Shown: positions 27,540-40,795 of the stretch, piece by piece
Position numbering within the stretch: the stretch's first letter is position 1
Layout of the letters: the number at the start of each line of letters is the position of its first letter
NCBI GenBank assembly: GCA_013239625.1
Contig: MU054220.1
Span: 2,107,374-2,171,373, forward strand
Reading direction: 5' to 3'
DNA: 64,000 nt
Origin: Lama guanicoe
Lineage: Eukaryota
Notes under the pieces: model-generated
Seen by the model: the letters and a program-made list of their open reading frames with translations, nothing else
Told to the model about the DNA's origin: nothing
The model's database searches: none
Made by a program: the position numbers and the translations under genes

Positions 27540-30500
27540 TTAAAAACTTTCAAATCTATAGAAGTTTTTAGGGATACTGGTCAAGTATATAGTAGAATGT
27601 CCCTTTATTGGAATTTATCTGATGCCTTTTCATGACTAGACTGGGGTTATGCGTTTTGGGGAGGAAAATCACAAAGAGAATGCCATTTTCACCACATCAT
27701 ATCGAGAGTACTATCAATATGATTTCTGACTTGATAATGACTTTGATCACCTGGCTAAAGTAGTGTTTGTCAGGTTTCTCCACTGTAAAATTACTCCTTT
27801 CCCCTTTTTATACTGTCTTCTTTGAAAGGAAGTAATTATGTACAACCACTTATGGAGTGAGGAGTTGTGTTCCTTGTTGTTTGGGTGGAATATCTACATA
27901 ACTTATTTAAATTTCTTTACATGAGACATTTGTCTCTTTCCCCATTATTAATTTAATTAGTCAAGTATTTATACTGAAGGATAATTTACACTTTGAGTTA
28001 TATCCCAGTACTTTATTTTGTTGCTCAGATTGTTCCAGCTTTATACATTGGGAGTCCTTTCAGTTGACTCCTGTGCCCCTTGAAGATATCCACATCATTG
28101 AGTGCGTGTGTGTGCGTCTGTGTGTGTGTGCATGCATGCACGTGCTGTTTTTTTTTCATTATTTTTGAGCACTTCCTTACCTTCTGGCACTACAAGACGT
28201 TCTAGGCTCACCTTGTATATTTCTTGTCACAGTTCTAGAATTAGCCAAGAAGCCCTGGTAATTTTTATTGGAAAATGGTAACAGAAATCAAGATCTGGTC
28301 ACTAAGTGTTCTCATTGCTGCTGAGGTGTCATTTCTTTTAGGCCCTCTGAGCTACCAGAGCAAAGAAATATATATGTGTGTGTACTAGCTGGTGCATATA
28401 GACATATCTATAAATATTTCTATAATGAACTGTCTGTATCTGTATTAAGTTAGACATGATTTCATACTGATAGCTCCAAGTCTAATCCATTACTACATCA
28501 TTCCAGCCTCCTCCCCCTTGTTGATCTGTTGATCTGAATTTCTACTTCAGCATTGAGAAACCTGGCTTCCACCATCCCTTTACTTGTGTAGTTCCAGTAT
28601 ACGTATATAGCAGTATCTGAATTGTTAATCTATACTCCCATGGGGAACAACTTTATCAACTAAAAGTACAGTGCTCATGTGCAGTTCCTTTTCCTTTTAG
28701 TTTTACAAACTCCATTCATTTCTGAAGTTACCTGGGTCAGCACTTTTTCCCCACCAGCTTTAGTGAAGTGGTTTCACATATTTGTAAGATAGATTCTCCT
28801 GTTACAGTTTGTGTTCTTTTATGGGATCACCCAGTCTCCTAAATGACTTTTTAAAATTAGCATACATTGAAGTTTACTCTTTATGTTGTAAACTTCTATA
28901 GGTTTTGACAAATCCATAATGTTATTTATCCATCATTACAGTATCATAGAGAATAGTTTCACTGCCCTAAAAATCCCTTGTTAATTCACCTATTGGTCCT
29001 TTCCTCCCTCCCCTACCCCCTGGCAACCACTGATCTTTTTATTATCTCGATAGTTTTGCCTCTTCCTGAATGTGATATAATTGGAATCAGACACTATTTA
29101 CCCTCTTCAGACTGCCTTCTTTGACTTAGCAGTATCTGTTTAAGGTTCTTCCGTGTTTCTTAGCTTGATAGCTCATTTCTTTATATGCTGAATAATATTT
29201 CATTGTATGGATGTACCATAGTCTGTTTATTCATCACCTAGGTCACTTCTGGTTTTTGACAGTTATGAACAAAGCTGCTGTAAACATTGGTGTGCAGTTT
29301 TTTTGTGTGCACATAAATTTTTAGTTCCACTGGGTAAATACCTACGAGTGTGATTGCTAGATCATATGGCAAGACAATGTTTAGCTTTGTAAGAAACTGC
29401 CAAACTCTCTTCAAAAGTGGCTATATTATTTTGCATTTCTGCCAGCAATAAATGAGAATTCCTTTTGCTCCACATCCTTATCAGCATTTAGTTTCATCAG
29501 TTGTTTTGGATTTTTGCCATTCTAGTAGGTGTGTAGGGCCTAAAAAATTTTTTTTAACTTTGTTTTTGATGACATGACTTTTTTGAAGAGAAATGACAGG
29601 TTTTTTTTTTTTTAGAGGAAACTTTAAAAAAATAACTTTTTTATTTTGTAATAATTTCAGATTTATAGAAAAGTTATAAAGATGATACATAGAATTCTGT
29701 ATACCTCTCATCCAGTCTCCCGTGTTGTTAACATCTTATGTGGTATATTTGTCAAAATGAAGAAACAATCATTGATGCATTACTTTTAACTGAACTCCAG
29801 ATTTTGTTGGGGTATCTCTAGTTTTCTGTTCATATCGTCTTTCTGTTTCAGGATCCAATTCAGGGTAACTTACTGCATTTAGTTGTCATCTTTCTTAGTC
29901 TCCTCTGGTCTTGGATAGTTTCTCAGTCTTTCCTTGTCTTTGTGGCCTTGACAGTTTTGAGGAGTACTAGTCAGTTATTTTGTGGAATGGTCTTGCTTTG
30001 TGTTTGTCTTATGTTTTTCTCATTATTAGGCAAGGGTCATGTGTTTTTGGAAAGAATGCCACAGAATACCATCATTTTTATTAGAGAAAATGTGATATCC
30101 ACATGACATCACTGATGATGTTAACCTTGGACACTTGGTTGGTTAAGGTAGTGTTTGCCAGGTAAAGTAGTAAAGTTACTATTTTTCCCTTTCTACACCT
30201 GTTCTTTAGAAGTGAGTCACTAAGTCTAGCTCATCTTCAAAGTGGGTAAGGGGTTTCAGTTCTACTTCCTGAAGGGAAGAATATCTACATAAATTATTTG
30301 GAGTTTTATAAGGAAGACTTGTCTGTTCTCCCCCATATATTTCTCTACTTAACCATTCAGCTATATCAGTATGAGTACGTTTTATACTTTGAGGTATAAT
30401 CTGATTCTGTGTCATTTATTTTTGCTCAGATTGTTCCACCTTTGACCACGGGGGACTCTTTCAGGTTGGCTCCTGTGTCCCTTTGACATCCTCCCATCAT

Positions 30501-30830
30501 TTTTTTTCTTTTTGAGCGTTTCCTTACTTTCTGGTTCTACAAGACACTCCAGACTCATCTTGTGTCTTTCCGTGTCCCAGCCTTAGAATCAGCCATTTCA
30601 CTAAAGAGCCTGGTTCCTTTTATGGGACAGTGGTATTTAGAAACCAAGATCTGGGTATGAAGTGGGCTCACTGCTGGGGTGTCATTGTTCCTAGGCCCTC
30701 TCAGTGGACAGAGCTAGGTAATATAATTATGTATGTTAATCCATGTGTAATCATATACATATTATTGTTTTTATATGCTTCCATCTGTATTTATATTAAG
30801 CTGAACATGAATTCATACAGTTCTAACTTT
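27540..30830 (-). mobile_element. Cluster of old L1 (L1MC/MD-like) 3' fragments
   Basis: Two diverged copies of the same L1 3' UTR-type segment (about 27570-28480 and 29950-30820) plus an ORF2-end-type segment near 29100-29540. Confidence 0.65.
28102..28131. repeat. Imperfect (TG)n microsatellite
   Basis: gtgcgtgtgtgtgcgtctgtgtgtgtgtgc. Confidence 0.7.
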
Positions 30831-33160
30831 TAGAAGAAACTTGTGTTTTAAACAAATGTCCTCTTTGTGGTATGCTTTTTTTCTGAGACCTAACTTTTTT
30901 TCTCAATAACTTTTTTTCAATGCCACAGAAAACATTGTTTTCCCTTATTTGGTAACAGCAGTTGTTTATTTCTGGTATATGATCTTTGTTCAGAGATGCA
31001 TTCAGAGTATAAATTCTGACTCAGTTGAAATGGTCAGATATTTTGGCATAGATAGGATGTCACATAAGCCATGGTGACCTCTTGTCTCTTCAAACATGAT
31101 TTTTTTTTTAATTTTATTAAGAGATTGGAAACCTACTGTTTTGTTATCTTGGTTCTATTTCTTAGAGGTTATTAATTAAAGTGACTTAGGTCTTTTCTAT
31201 AAAGGTGAGAAAAAAGTTGAGTAGTCTCAAGTATTTCTTGAAATGAAATTCATTTTTTTAATGCAGATGTCTTTTTTTCTTTTTTCAGTCATAAGACTTA
31301 AAGTAGTGTCTTATTTATCTGAAAGTTAACTGCCAGGAAATAAACCAAAATAGTATTTTCTGCAGCCTAAATTTTGTTAACTTTCTTCATGTAGATTCTA
31401 CTATCCCTTTATGCACAATTTCACCCTGCTTGGTTCTTTAAATCAAGAGTTACAATTAGGCAGTACTGTTACAACCTAACAGAAGTGTTAGTTTGATCAC
31501 AAAGTTTGAGGAAGGAAAGCTACAAAATATAAAACATTAAAATTCAAAAGGCCATATTGGAACCATTTGGTTTTAATTCAAGGGTCCCTCGTACCTCTGT
31601 GGCAATACATCTTGAGGGTATTGATGTAATTATGCAAATAGATTATCCTAAAAAGTTTAAATGATTATCAGTATACTTTGTTTGAGAAGACTGGGAGGCT
31701 TATGTATTTTCTTAGAATTACATGGGGAAAAGTTACATTAAATAATTGATGTTTCAGGGATAAACTTCTGATAACTGGCAAACTTGGCTGTCTAGAACAT
31801 CTCTTTCTCTGATCTGTTTTGTTATTTTGTTTATTTCTTTTATGTATTTATTTGCAGTGTTTGTTTTTATCATTTTACGTCCTTATTTACTTGCAGTATG
31901 AAGTCTCTTACTTGTAGATTTCAGGAATTTTTTTTCAGTACTGTAATTCTACACTTTCCTTTTATGATACATTCCTTTAAAAAAAAAAAAGGAAATCTCA
32001 TGAAAAGCCCCTAGTTTAGAACTAACATGAGTTCATCATTTGGTAATAAAGACCAAATCCCATATCAGAAATCTCTGGACAGTAAAAGAAAAGTCTTTTA
32101 TGCTTTAGAGGACTGCCTGCCTATTTTGAGCTATGTTTAATATGAGGGATTCCTCCAAATGAAATATAGACAGTCCCCTTGAGTATTATAAAATGGCGTT
32201 TACTTGTTTAACTAGTAGTAAATCTGCTTTCTATAGGATAAAAAGGAATAGATTGTTTATACACCTAAAGAAACAGTTTATTTTAGACCAGAGAACACTT
32301 GCCTTACTTAGTCCCAAAAGCTCTAAGCTGATTTAGGCCTTTCTTGAACCAGGGGACTGAAGTGTGGGTTTAAGACTGAAATCTGTTTAAAAATCCCTAA
32401 ATGACTCTGAGATGATGCTTATAATAATAGCATGGTAATGATAGCTACTGTTTCTTGAGTACTGGGTATTTGCCAGGCAATCTGTTAGTACTTCTTTTTC
32501 GCATAAAGTCACTAGCTTTGTATGATCTGGTCATTTTCAGTCTGCCCTTTTTCTCAGCCCCTATTTTGGCCATCTGAGTTGCAGTTCTGTTCTGTACTTT
32601 TGCCTAGGTATTTCAGGCTTTCACACACATGCCTGAAATATTCTCTGTTTTCTCCAGTCATTATGCCTATGCTTGCTAATCTCTTATTAATTTCATTCAG
32701 TTCTCAGCCTAAATGTCACTTTCTCGGGGAGATCTTCTCTGACCCTCCAGTCTAGATTAAGTGCGCCTATTACACCCTCATAGTTCTTTGCCCTTGGGCT
32801 ACTATATTGCACTTCCTGTACTCAGTACATAGCTAAGTGCCTAACACAGAGTAGTGTCACATGATCTGACAAGTTCAAATTTACTTGTGGAGCAGGAGAA
32901 CAATGTGAATATTTGGGAGGGATTCTTCAAATGTATAAGGCAAAAATCTCATTTTCATTTCAACTATTCACCACAACAATTATTTGAATCATCTTAGACA
33001 AGTTACTAGGCTCTGTGCCTCAAATTTCTTGTTTATAAAATGGAGATGATAATATTAACCTAGGAGTTCAGAGAATTAAATGAATTAGTATATGTGAAGT
33101 GCTTAGAATAGTGCCTGGCACAAAATGAATACTCCAAAAGTGTGTTTTAAATAAGGAACC

Positions 33161-33330
33161 AGGAGAGTGGCTGTAGCTCAGTGGGTAGAGCTCATGCTTA
33201 GCATGCATGAGTTCCTAGGTTCTATCCCTAGTACTTCCATTAAGTAAAAAATAAATAAATAAAATAAAGTGTTTCAAAAAAAAGCATTTGTTCAGAAAAT
33301 AAATAGATAAGTAAACAAACAAACAAACCA
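33161..33330 (+). mobile_element. tRNA-derived SINE, same family, more diverged
   Basis: TAGCTCAGTGGGTAGAGCTCATGCTTAGCATGCATGAG...GGTTCTATCCCTAGTAC plus A-rich tail. Confidence 0.8.
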
Positions 33331-34196
33331 CATGAAGATGGTACTGTTATGGCGGATGAGGAAACTGAGGCTCAGCTAGTGTGTGACAAAGCAAGCTTTG
33401 GAACTCAGATCTAACTCCATAGTCCAATACGACAGTTTAGACTGAATTTAATCTTGACTAGAGCACTCTACAATAAGATTTACTGCAAGCAACTGTTCTA
33501 TTGCCATGACTTTACCAAATGAAAAATTCTAATATTAAAATTACCATCTTTTATTCTATTTTATAATCACAAGTAGGTACTCAGAAAACTGACAAAAATC
33601 ATGTGCATTTTCAAAATACACCACTGAACAATTTTGCACTTTGAAAAAGGGTTTACTTCAGAATTCCATTAAATTATATCGTGTTTCCTGAAACATTTGA
33701 AATACACATTCAACATACAGAATTTTATAAACTCAAAGAATTTATTATGTCAAACATTTATTATATATTGAAGATTTCTATGATTTGATGAAATTTGTGT
33801 CACTTTAGGAATTATATGTTAGAGGACAAAGCACTCTGCTAGATGCTGGGATAATAAATAAGATTCAGTTCTTTTCTTTCAAAGGAGATACGGAATCTCC
33901 TGTTAAGGGGAAGAAGTGAGGCTTAGCTTACGGGATGAGTATAGACAGAACCTACCTCAAGGTACCAGGCTGGAATTTTAAAGTTTGAGAGCTCTTAAAA
34001 ACATTATGATAAAAATATTGATGCTTGTTGTATTTTTTTAAAAATTAAGACTTGTCTAGGCGTTAAAGTGAAAAGTTAAAATTCTTTAGCCAATCCCATA
34101 GACTTCCTTCCAGAAGTAGTCATGGTTAACAGTTTTCTATGGATTCATCCAGAAAAATTTTATGTGCTTTCAAACATACACAGTGTTGTACTAGTT

Positions 34197-34684
34197 GTAT
34201 TAGCTTTCTATGACTGCCGAAACAAATTACTGCAAATGCATTGGCTTAAAACAACAGACATGTATTCTTTTACAGTTCTGGAGTCCAGAGTCCAAAGTTT
34301 AGGGTGAGTCTTATGGGAGGCTAATATTGAGACAAGGCCACACTCCTCCAGAGGCCCTGGGGAGAACCCCTTCCTTGCCTCTTAGCTTCTGGTGGCTGTT
34401 GGTATTCCTTGTCTTGGGGTCGCATCACTGCAGCCTCTTCTAATCTTACTTTTCTCCATCTTCACATCGCTTTCTCCTCTGTGTCAAATTTCCCTGTGTT
34501 TCCCTCTTATAAAGATACATGTGATTGCATTCAAGTCTCACTCAGATAATCCAGGATGATTATCCCCGTCTCAAAATCCTTAATTTAATCACATCTGCGA
34601 AGACCCTTTTCCCAAATAAAGTAACATTTACAGGTTTCAGGAATTACAACCGAGTATCTTTGGGGGTCATTGTCAGCCTACCAA
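34197..34684 (-). mobile_element. MLT1-type (ERVL-MaLR) solo LTR
   Basis: TGGCTTAAAACAACAGAC...TTACAGTTCTGGAG...TTAATTTAATCACATCTGC...CAGCCTACCA. Confidence 0.75.
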
Positions 34685-35010
34685 ATGTGTATGTCCCTCT
34701 TTAAATATCTTTACTTAACACACCAAAAAAGTATTAGACTTTATATACTGTCTTGCAAATTTATTATCTTTCTTTCTTTTTTCTGCATGGAGGTTTTCTG
34801 GTGGGACCGGAAAACCTAAAAGAATTTGTCTAAAAGAATTTGTCTAAATTCTAAAATTCTAAAAGAGCTGCAACACCCCAAGTTTCTTTTTAAAATTTAA
34901 TAATAGATTTCTTCCACTTAAGTATTTAAATATTTTCTTTAGTCTTCTTTGTCTTTTTTTTTTCTTTAAATACCTATGGAGCACTTTTTTGAACAGGATG
35001 AGTGTCTCAC

Positions 35011-37633
35011 TTTTTTTAAAAATTATGATTAAAAAGAAAAGCATGTAACATAAAAATTACCATCTTAACAATTTTAAGTACATTCACATTGTTGTGAAAC
35101 ACATCTCCAAAACTTTTTCATCTTGGGAATCTGAAATGCTGTATCCATCAATCTTTTCCTCCTCCACCAGCCCAATAATCACCATTCTACCTTCTGTTGC
35201 TATGAATTTTATTAGTTTAGATACCTCCTATAAGTGGAATCATACAGTTTTGTCTTTTTGTGACTGGATTATTTCACTTAGCATGATATCCTCAGAGTAT
35301 TCATATTGTGGCATGTGACAGGATTTCCTTCCTCTTCTTTTCAGGATTTCCTTCCTTTTGAAGGCTAATATTCCATTGTATGTATTTACCACACTTTGTT
35401 TATTCATCCATTCTTCAGTGGACATTTAGGTTGCTTCTACCTCTTGGCTATTGTAAATAGTACTGCTTTAAACATGGGTGTACAAATCTGTTTGAGACTC
35501 AGATTTCAATTCTTTTGGATATACAGACACACACACACACACTCTGAAGTGAAATTGTTGGATTATATGGTAATATGATACTCTGTTTTTACCTTTTTCA
35601 GCAACCTCCCTAGCAGTTGCACAATTTTACAATCCCACCAAAAGTGTACAAGTGTTCCAATTTCTCTGCATTCTTGCCAACATTTGTTATTTTTTGTTTA
35701 AAAAAATGTTTTTGGATAGTAACCATTCAAATGGGTGTGAGGTGATATCTCACTGTGGTTTTGACTTGGTTTCTCTGATGATTAGTTACGTTGAACATCT
35801 TTTCATATGCTTGTTGACCATCTGTATATAGTCTTTATAGAAGCATCTATTCAAGTGGTTTGTCGATTTTTAATTGAGTTATTTGGGGTTTTGTTAAGGG
35901 GGTTCTTGATATTTTACGGATATTAACCCCTTATCAAATGAATAATTTATGAATATTTTCTTCCATTCTGTGGACTGCCTTTTTACTCTGTGTCCTTTGA
36001 TACACAAAAATCTTTAATTTTGTTATAGTTGTCTTTTTTGCTTTTGTTACCTGTGCTTTTGGCACTGTATGTAAGAAATCATTGTCTATTCCAAAGTCAT
36101 GAAGCTTTTCCTCTATGTTTTCTTCTAGGAGTTTTATAGTTTTAGATCTTAAAAGTTTAGGTTTTTAGTCATTTAAAATTAATTTTTGTATATCGTATAA
36201 GATAAGGATCAAAGTTCTTCTTGCATGTGGCTATCCAGTTTTCCCATCATTGTTTGTTGAAGAGACCATCTTTTCCCCATCTAGTGGTCTTGGCAATCTT
36301 GTCAAAGATAATTTTACCCTATACGTGTGGGTTTATTTCTGGGTTCTCTGTTCTATTCCATTGATCTGTCTGTCTTTATGCTACTACTACACTGTTTTGA
36401 TCACTGTGGCTATGTAATATGTTTTGAAATCAGGAATTGTGAGTCCTGCAACATTTTTCTTTTTAAAAAAATGTTTTGATTATTCAGAGTCCTTTGAGAT
36501 TCCATATGAATTTTAAGATTAATTTTTCTATTTCTGCAAAAAATGATGTTGGGGTTTTGATAGGGATTGTGTTCAATCTATAGATTATCTTCAGAAATTT
36601 GGGTATCTTAATAATACTAAGTCTTCCATGGATATGGGATGTCTTTTCCTTTATTTGTGTCTTCTTCAATTTTTTTCAGGATTGTTTTACAGTTTTCAGT
36701 GTACACGTCTTTTACTTCCTTGATTAGGTTTATTTCCAAATATTTTATTCTTTTTGATGCTATCATAAGTGGAGTTGTTTTCTTAATTTCCTTTCCAGAT
36801 TGTTCATTTGTAGTATATACAAACACTACTGATTTTTGTATGTTGGTTTTATATTCTACAACTTTGCTGAATTCATTTATTCTACAAATTTTCTTTTGTG
36901 GAATCTTCAGTGTTTTCTACATATAAGATTATGTCATGTACAAACAAAGATGATTTTACTTCTTTTTTGAGTTAGATGCCTTTTATTTCTTCTTCTTGCC
37001 TACTTTCTCTGACCAAGACTTCCATTTCTATATTGAATAGGATTGGCTAACACAGGAATCCTTGCCTTGTTCCTACTTTTAGAGGAAAAGCTTTCAGTCT
37101 TTCATCATTGAGTATGATGTTAGCTGTGGACTTCTCCTGAATGGTCTTGATTATGTTGAAGTAGTTTCTTTCCATTCCTAGCTTGAGTGTTTTTATCATC
37201 GAAGATATTGAATTTTGTCAAATGCTTTTTATTGCATCAATTGAGGTGGTCATGTGGTTTTTGTCCTTCATTCTCCTAATGAAGGATGTTATGGTGTACT
37301 ACATTGATTCTGGTGTTTTAAACCATCCTTGCATTCCAGAAATAAATCCCACTTGGTTATAGTGTATAATCCTTTTAACATGCTTTTGGATTTGGTTTGC
37401 TAGTATTTTGTTGAGGATTTTTGCATCAGTATTTATCAGTGATATTGGTCTGTAATTTTCTTGTAGTGTCTTTGTCTGCCTTTGGTATCAGGGTAGTTCT
37501 GGCCTCATACAATAAGCTTAGAAATATTCATTTCTCTTAAATTTTTTGGAATAGTTTCAGGAGAGTGGGTGTTAATTCTTCTTTAAATGTTGGGTAGAAT
37601 TCTCTTCAGTGAAGCCACTTGTCCTGGCCTTCT
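35011..37633 (-). mobile_element. Degenerate 5'-truncated L1 (about 2.6 kb; 3' part of ORF2 and 3' UTR)
   Basis: Minus-strand ORF pieces 36617-36826 ([38 protein letters not shown]) and 36484-36669 ([28 protein letters not shown]) are L1 ORF2p-like; broken by stops and frameshifts. Confidence 0.9.
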
Positions 37634-38949
37634 AAATCCCATTCCAGTGATGGTTGAGCGTAGAAAATTCAGTTGAGTTTGGCGCCCTGAGTACAGACCA
37701 TAGGAAGGCCTGCTCTGAATGTGATTCTGACTAGTTGGTCCCACAAATTGTGCTGGATATGACTAGGTGACTCAGAAACTCACCTTCTCAGTACCATGTG
37801 TATAGAGAAGGAAATGTAATTCATATTTCTGACTTTTTGAATCAGTATTTTTACCTTTTATGACATGTTTTTCTTTGCCAGGCATAGGAGGCTGATAATT
37901 AAAATCTTGCTTTTTCAGTGGCTTATGTGAATCCCTCCTTCTTGACCTGAGGACAGAATATATTCCACCAGGGTTAGAATGCCTGAAAAAGGGAAATGAT
38001 GGTAGAACCCACATGTATACAAACTATGGTTTTAGATGATCACTGCATCTGTGATACTAGCATAAAGCAAACTACTGTTCCTTTGTTGTTGTTTAACCAA
38101 GGGCCAAAGAGAATGGGGTCTGAGATTTTTACCACTGAAATAGGAGCACTTTACAAACATCTAACATAAGCTGCAAATATCCTAGTACTGAAAAATTTGG
38201 AATTGTAAGCATGCTGTTTATTATATATAAATAGGTGTTGTGGAATACTATTCCATAAAATTTTAGAGGTGGGAGGGTAGTTAATAATAACTCCTTGTTT
38301 TATGCATGAGAATACTAAAGCCCCTGAAGAGTAAATGATTTTCTTAAGGTTTCACAACTAGTTAATGGTAGAGCATGGCTTTGGGGGTATAAATTTTCTT
38401 TCCAACCCAGTTCTTCCTCTCAGATTAAAAAAAAAAAAAAAGCCTTTCTATATTTCTGCCTGAACACTGTAGCGTATAACTTACTAAATTACTAAATTAT
38501 AAGATCTCATTAGAGGCAGAGCTTTTTTTTCTTTCATTTTGAAACTCATGGAATTTTTAATATATTTTAAATATAATAAGTTATTATGTTATAAACTTTA
38601 AAAAAGAAACATCCATGTTCCTATCACTCAGTTTAAGAAGTAGATCATTACCAGTGTCCTGTGCAGCCCTCCTTTACTGCATCCCAGATTGTATACTCTG
38701 CCTTTTCTACTGTACTGTTTTCAGTATACCCTTATATTTTTCTTTTAAATTTAACCACAAATGTATGTATCTCTACACAGTATATTGTTTGGGTTTGTAT
38801 AGTCATACTGTATGTTTTCAGTAACTAAATGTTTTTCTTAGCATGGTTTGTGGAGTTCATGAATGCTTTTGCTGATTTTCACTGCTATATAATATCTTTT
38901 TTGTGAATATACCACCGCTTATTTATTCATCTCTGTCAATGGGTTATTT

Positions 38950-39490
38950 TAAAGTAAGATATAAGTCACATACCAAAAATGTATCCTTTTAAAGTGAACA
39001 TAATTCAGTGGCTTTTTAATATATTGACATAGTTGTGCAACTATTAACAGCTATGTAATTCCAGAACACTTACATCACCCCAAAAAGAGACCTCCTGCCC
39101 ATTTCAGTCATTCTCCATTGCCCTTTTCCCTCCCTACCCTCCCATCCACAGCCCCTGACAACCACTACTCTGCTTTCTGTCTCTATGGATTTGCCTAGTG
39201 TAGGCATTTCATACTAATATAATCAAGCAACATATGGCCTTTTGTGTCTGGTTTCTTTCACTTAGCATAATATTTTCAAGGTTAACCCATGTTGTATGGT
39301 GTAGCAGTACAGCATTCTTTTTCATGACTGAATGATATTCCATTTTTTCCATTTCCACATTTTGTTTTACAAATCCAGTTGATGGATTTGTGGATTGTTT
39401 CCATTTTGGGGCTGTTATAAATAATGCTGCTATTAATATTTATATACAAGTTTTCGTGTGGATATATAGTTTCAATTCTCTTGGGGATGT
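38950..39490 (-). mobile_element. L1 3'-end fragment
   Basis: AATTCAGTGG...TCCAGAACAC...TTTCACTTAGCATAATATTTTCAAGGTT pattern shared with other L1 ends in the window. Confidence 0.7.
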
Positions 39491-40019
39491 AAAAGCATTT
39501 TTTGTAGTATTGGACATAGTTTTTAAGTAAGTTTTTTAATATTTTCATGTGTGCTTTTTGTTTCCTAATCAAGACAATTGTATTTTTGATAAAGATGTTT
39601 CATATGACTTGCTATATATAGAAATTGTTGAGGAATTTTATTTAGGCTATGGAAACACTCATCTGAATGTTGGAAAACTAATCTGACTGACCAATGTGTA
39701 TGTAATATATGTTTTGCTTTCTTCTAGTTACTAGGAGCACTTTTTTGTTAATCCTTACAACTTGTTGATCCAGACAAAATGACCAGATTTGACTACTCTT
39801 GGGTGGGATTTGAAAGAGTAATTTTCATTGATACTTCCTTTGAAAGTGTTATAAAGCCACGTCTAAGATTCATACCAAGTGATCAATGACTCTTTGTAAA
39901 TAGAAAAATAGGTTGCAAACCAGTAATACTAAATTGCAGAAAGAACTGGCTTTAATTGTTAGGTATAAAAATATAGATCCATACTGGAAATTAGTACTAA
40001 GTAATAATCCAGACACAGT

Positions 40020-40795
40020 TGAACTTTTATACATTGCTGGTGGAGGAGTACAAAATGGTTCATGCAGCCACTTTGGAAAACAAATTTGACAGTTACTTAT
40101 AAATTAAACATGCACCTACCATATCACCCAGCATTCCCACTCTTGGGTATTTGCCCAAAAGAAATGAAAAGTTATGTTCCTACAAAAATCTGTAGCAGTT
40201 TTTCTTTCGTTTTGTTTTGTTTTTTGTTTTTCTTTTTGCAGAGGAGAGGTAACTAGGCCTACTTATTTTTTTTTTTTTAATGGAGATACTGGGAATTGAA
40301 CCCAGGACCTCAAGCATGCTAAGCACGTGCTCTACCATTTGAGCTATATCCTCCCCCCGTTTTTCTTTTATAATTGCTAAAAACTGGAAACAACTCACAA
40401 GTCCTTCAACTGGTAAATGGATGAACAAAGTGTGTTAGGTCATATACTGGAATATTATTCAGAAATAAAAAGAAACAGACTACTGATATGTACAAAAACA
40501 TGAATAATCTCAGTTGTATTATAAATGGAAAAAACCAGACTCAAAAGACTGCACACAGTATAATTCTTTTTGTATGACATTGTGGAAAGGCAGAACCGTA
40601 GGAATAGAATACTGATCAGTGGTTGCCTAGGGGAGAGAAGTTAAGTACAAAGGGGGAAAAGGAAATTTGGGGAGCTAATAGAGATGTTCTTGGCTGTAGT
40701 GATGGATACATGACTCTATGTGTCTCAAAACTCAGAGAACTATATACTAGAAAGAGTAAATTTTACTGTACGTAAGTTATACCTCAATAAACATG
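40020..40795 (+). mobile_element. L1 3'-end fragment in sense orientation, interrupted by a SINE
   Basis: ATACATTGCTGGTGG...CAGCCACTTTGGAAAAC...CCCAGCATTCCCACTCTTGGGTATTT... ending TTATACCTCAATAAA. Confidence 0.75.
40208..40358 (-). mobile_element. tRNA-derived SINE, same family, inserted in an older L1 fragment
   Basis: Reverse complement of the same head (GGGAATTGAACCCAGGACCTC...TGAGCTATATCCTCCCC); flanking GTTTTTCTTT duplication. Confidence 0.85.

Noticed and set aside
27570..30820. Apparent ~900-bp direct repeat as a segmental or tandem duplication
   Set aside because: Copies are heavily diverged and both look like the same old L1 3' region; independent insertions are the simpler explanation.
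34816..34866. CTAAAAGAATTTGT x2, and the 21-bp near-duplicate TGTATAACTATTCTTA(T/C)AAGC at about 44680-44730, as CRISPR-like arrays
   Set aside because: Only two units each with no spacer structure; ordinary slippage duplications in eukaryotic DNA.
36484..36826. L1 ORF2-like ORFs as an active or domesticated reverse transcriptase
   Set aside because: 5'-truncated, frameshifted and interrupted by stops.
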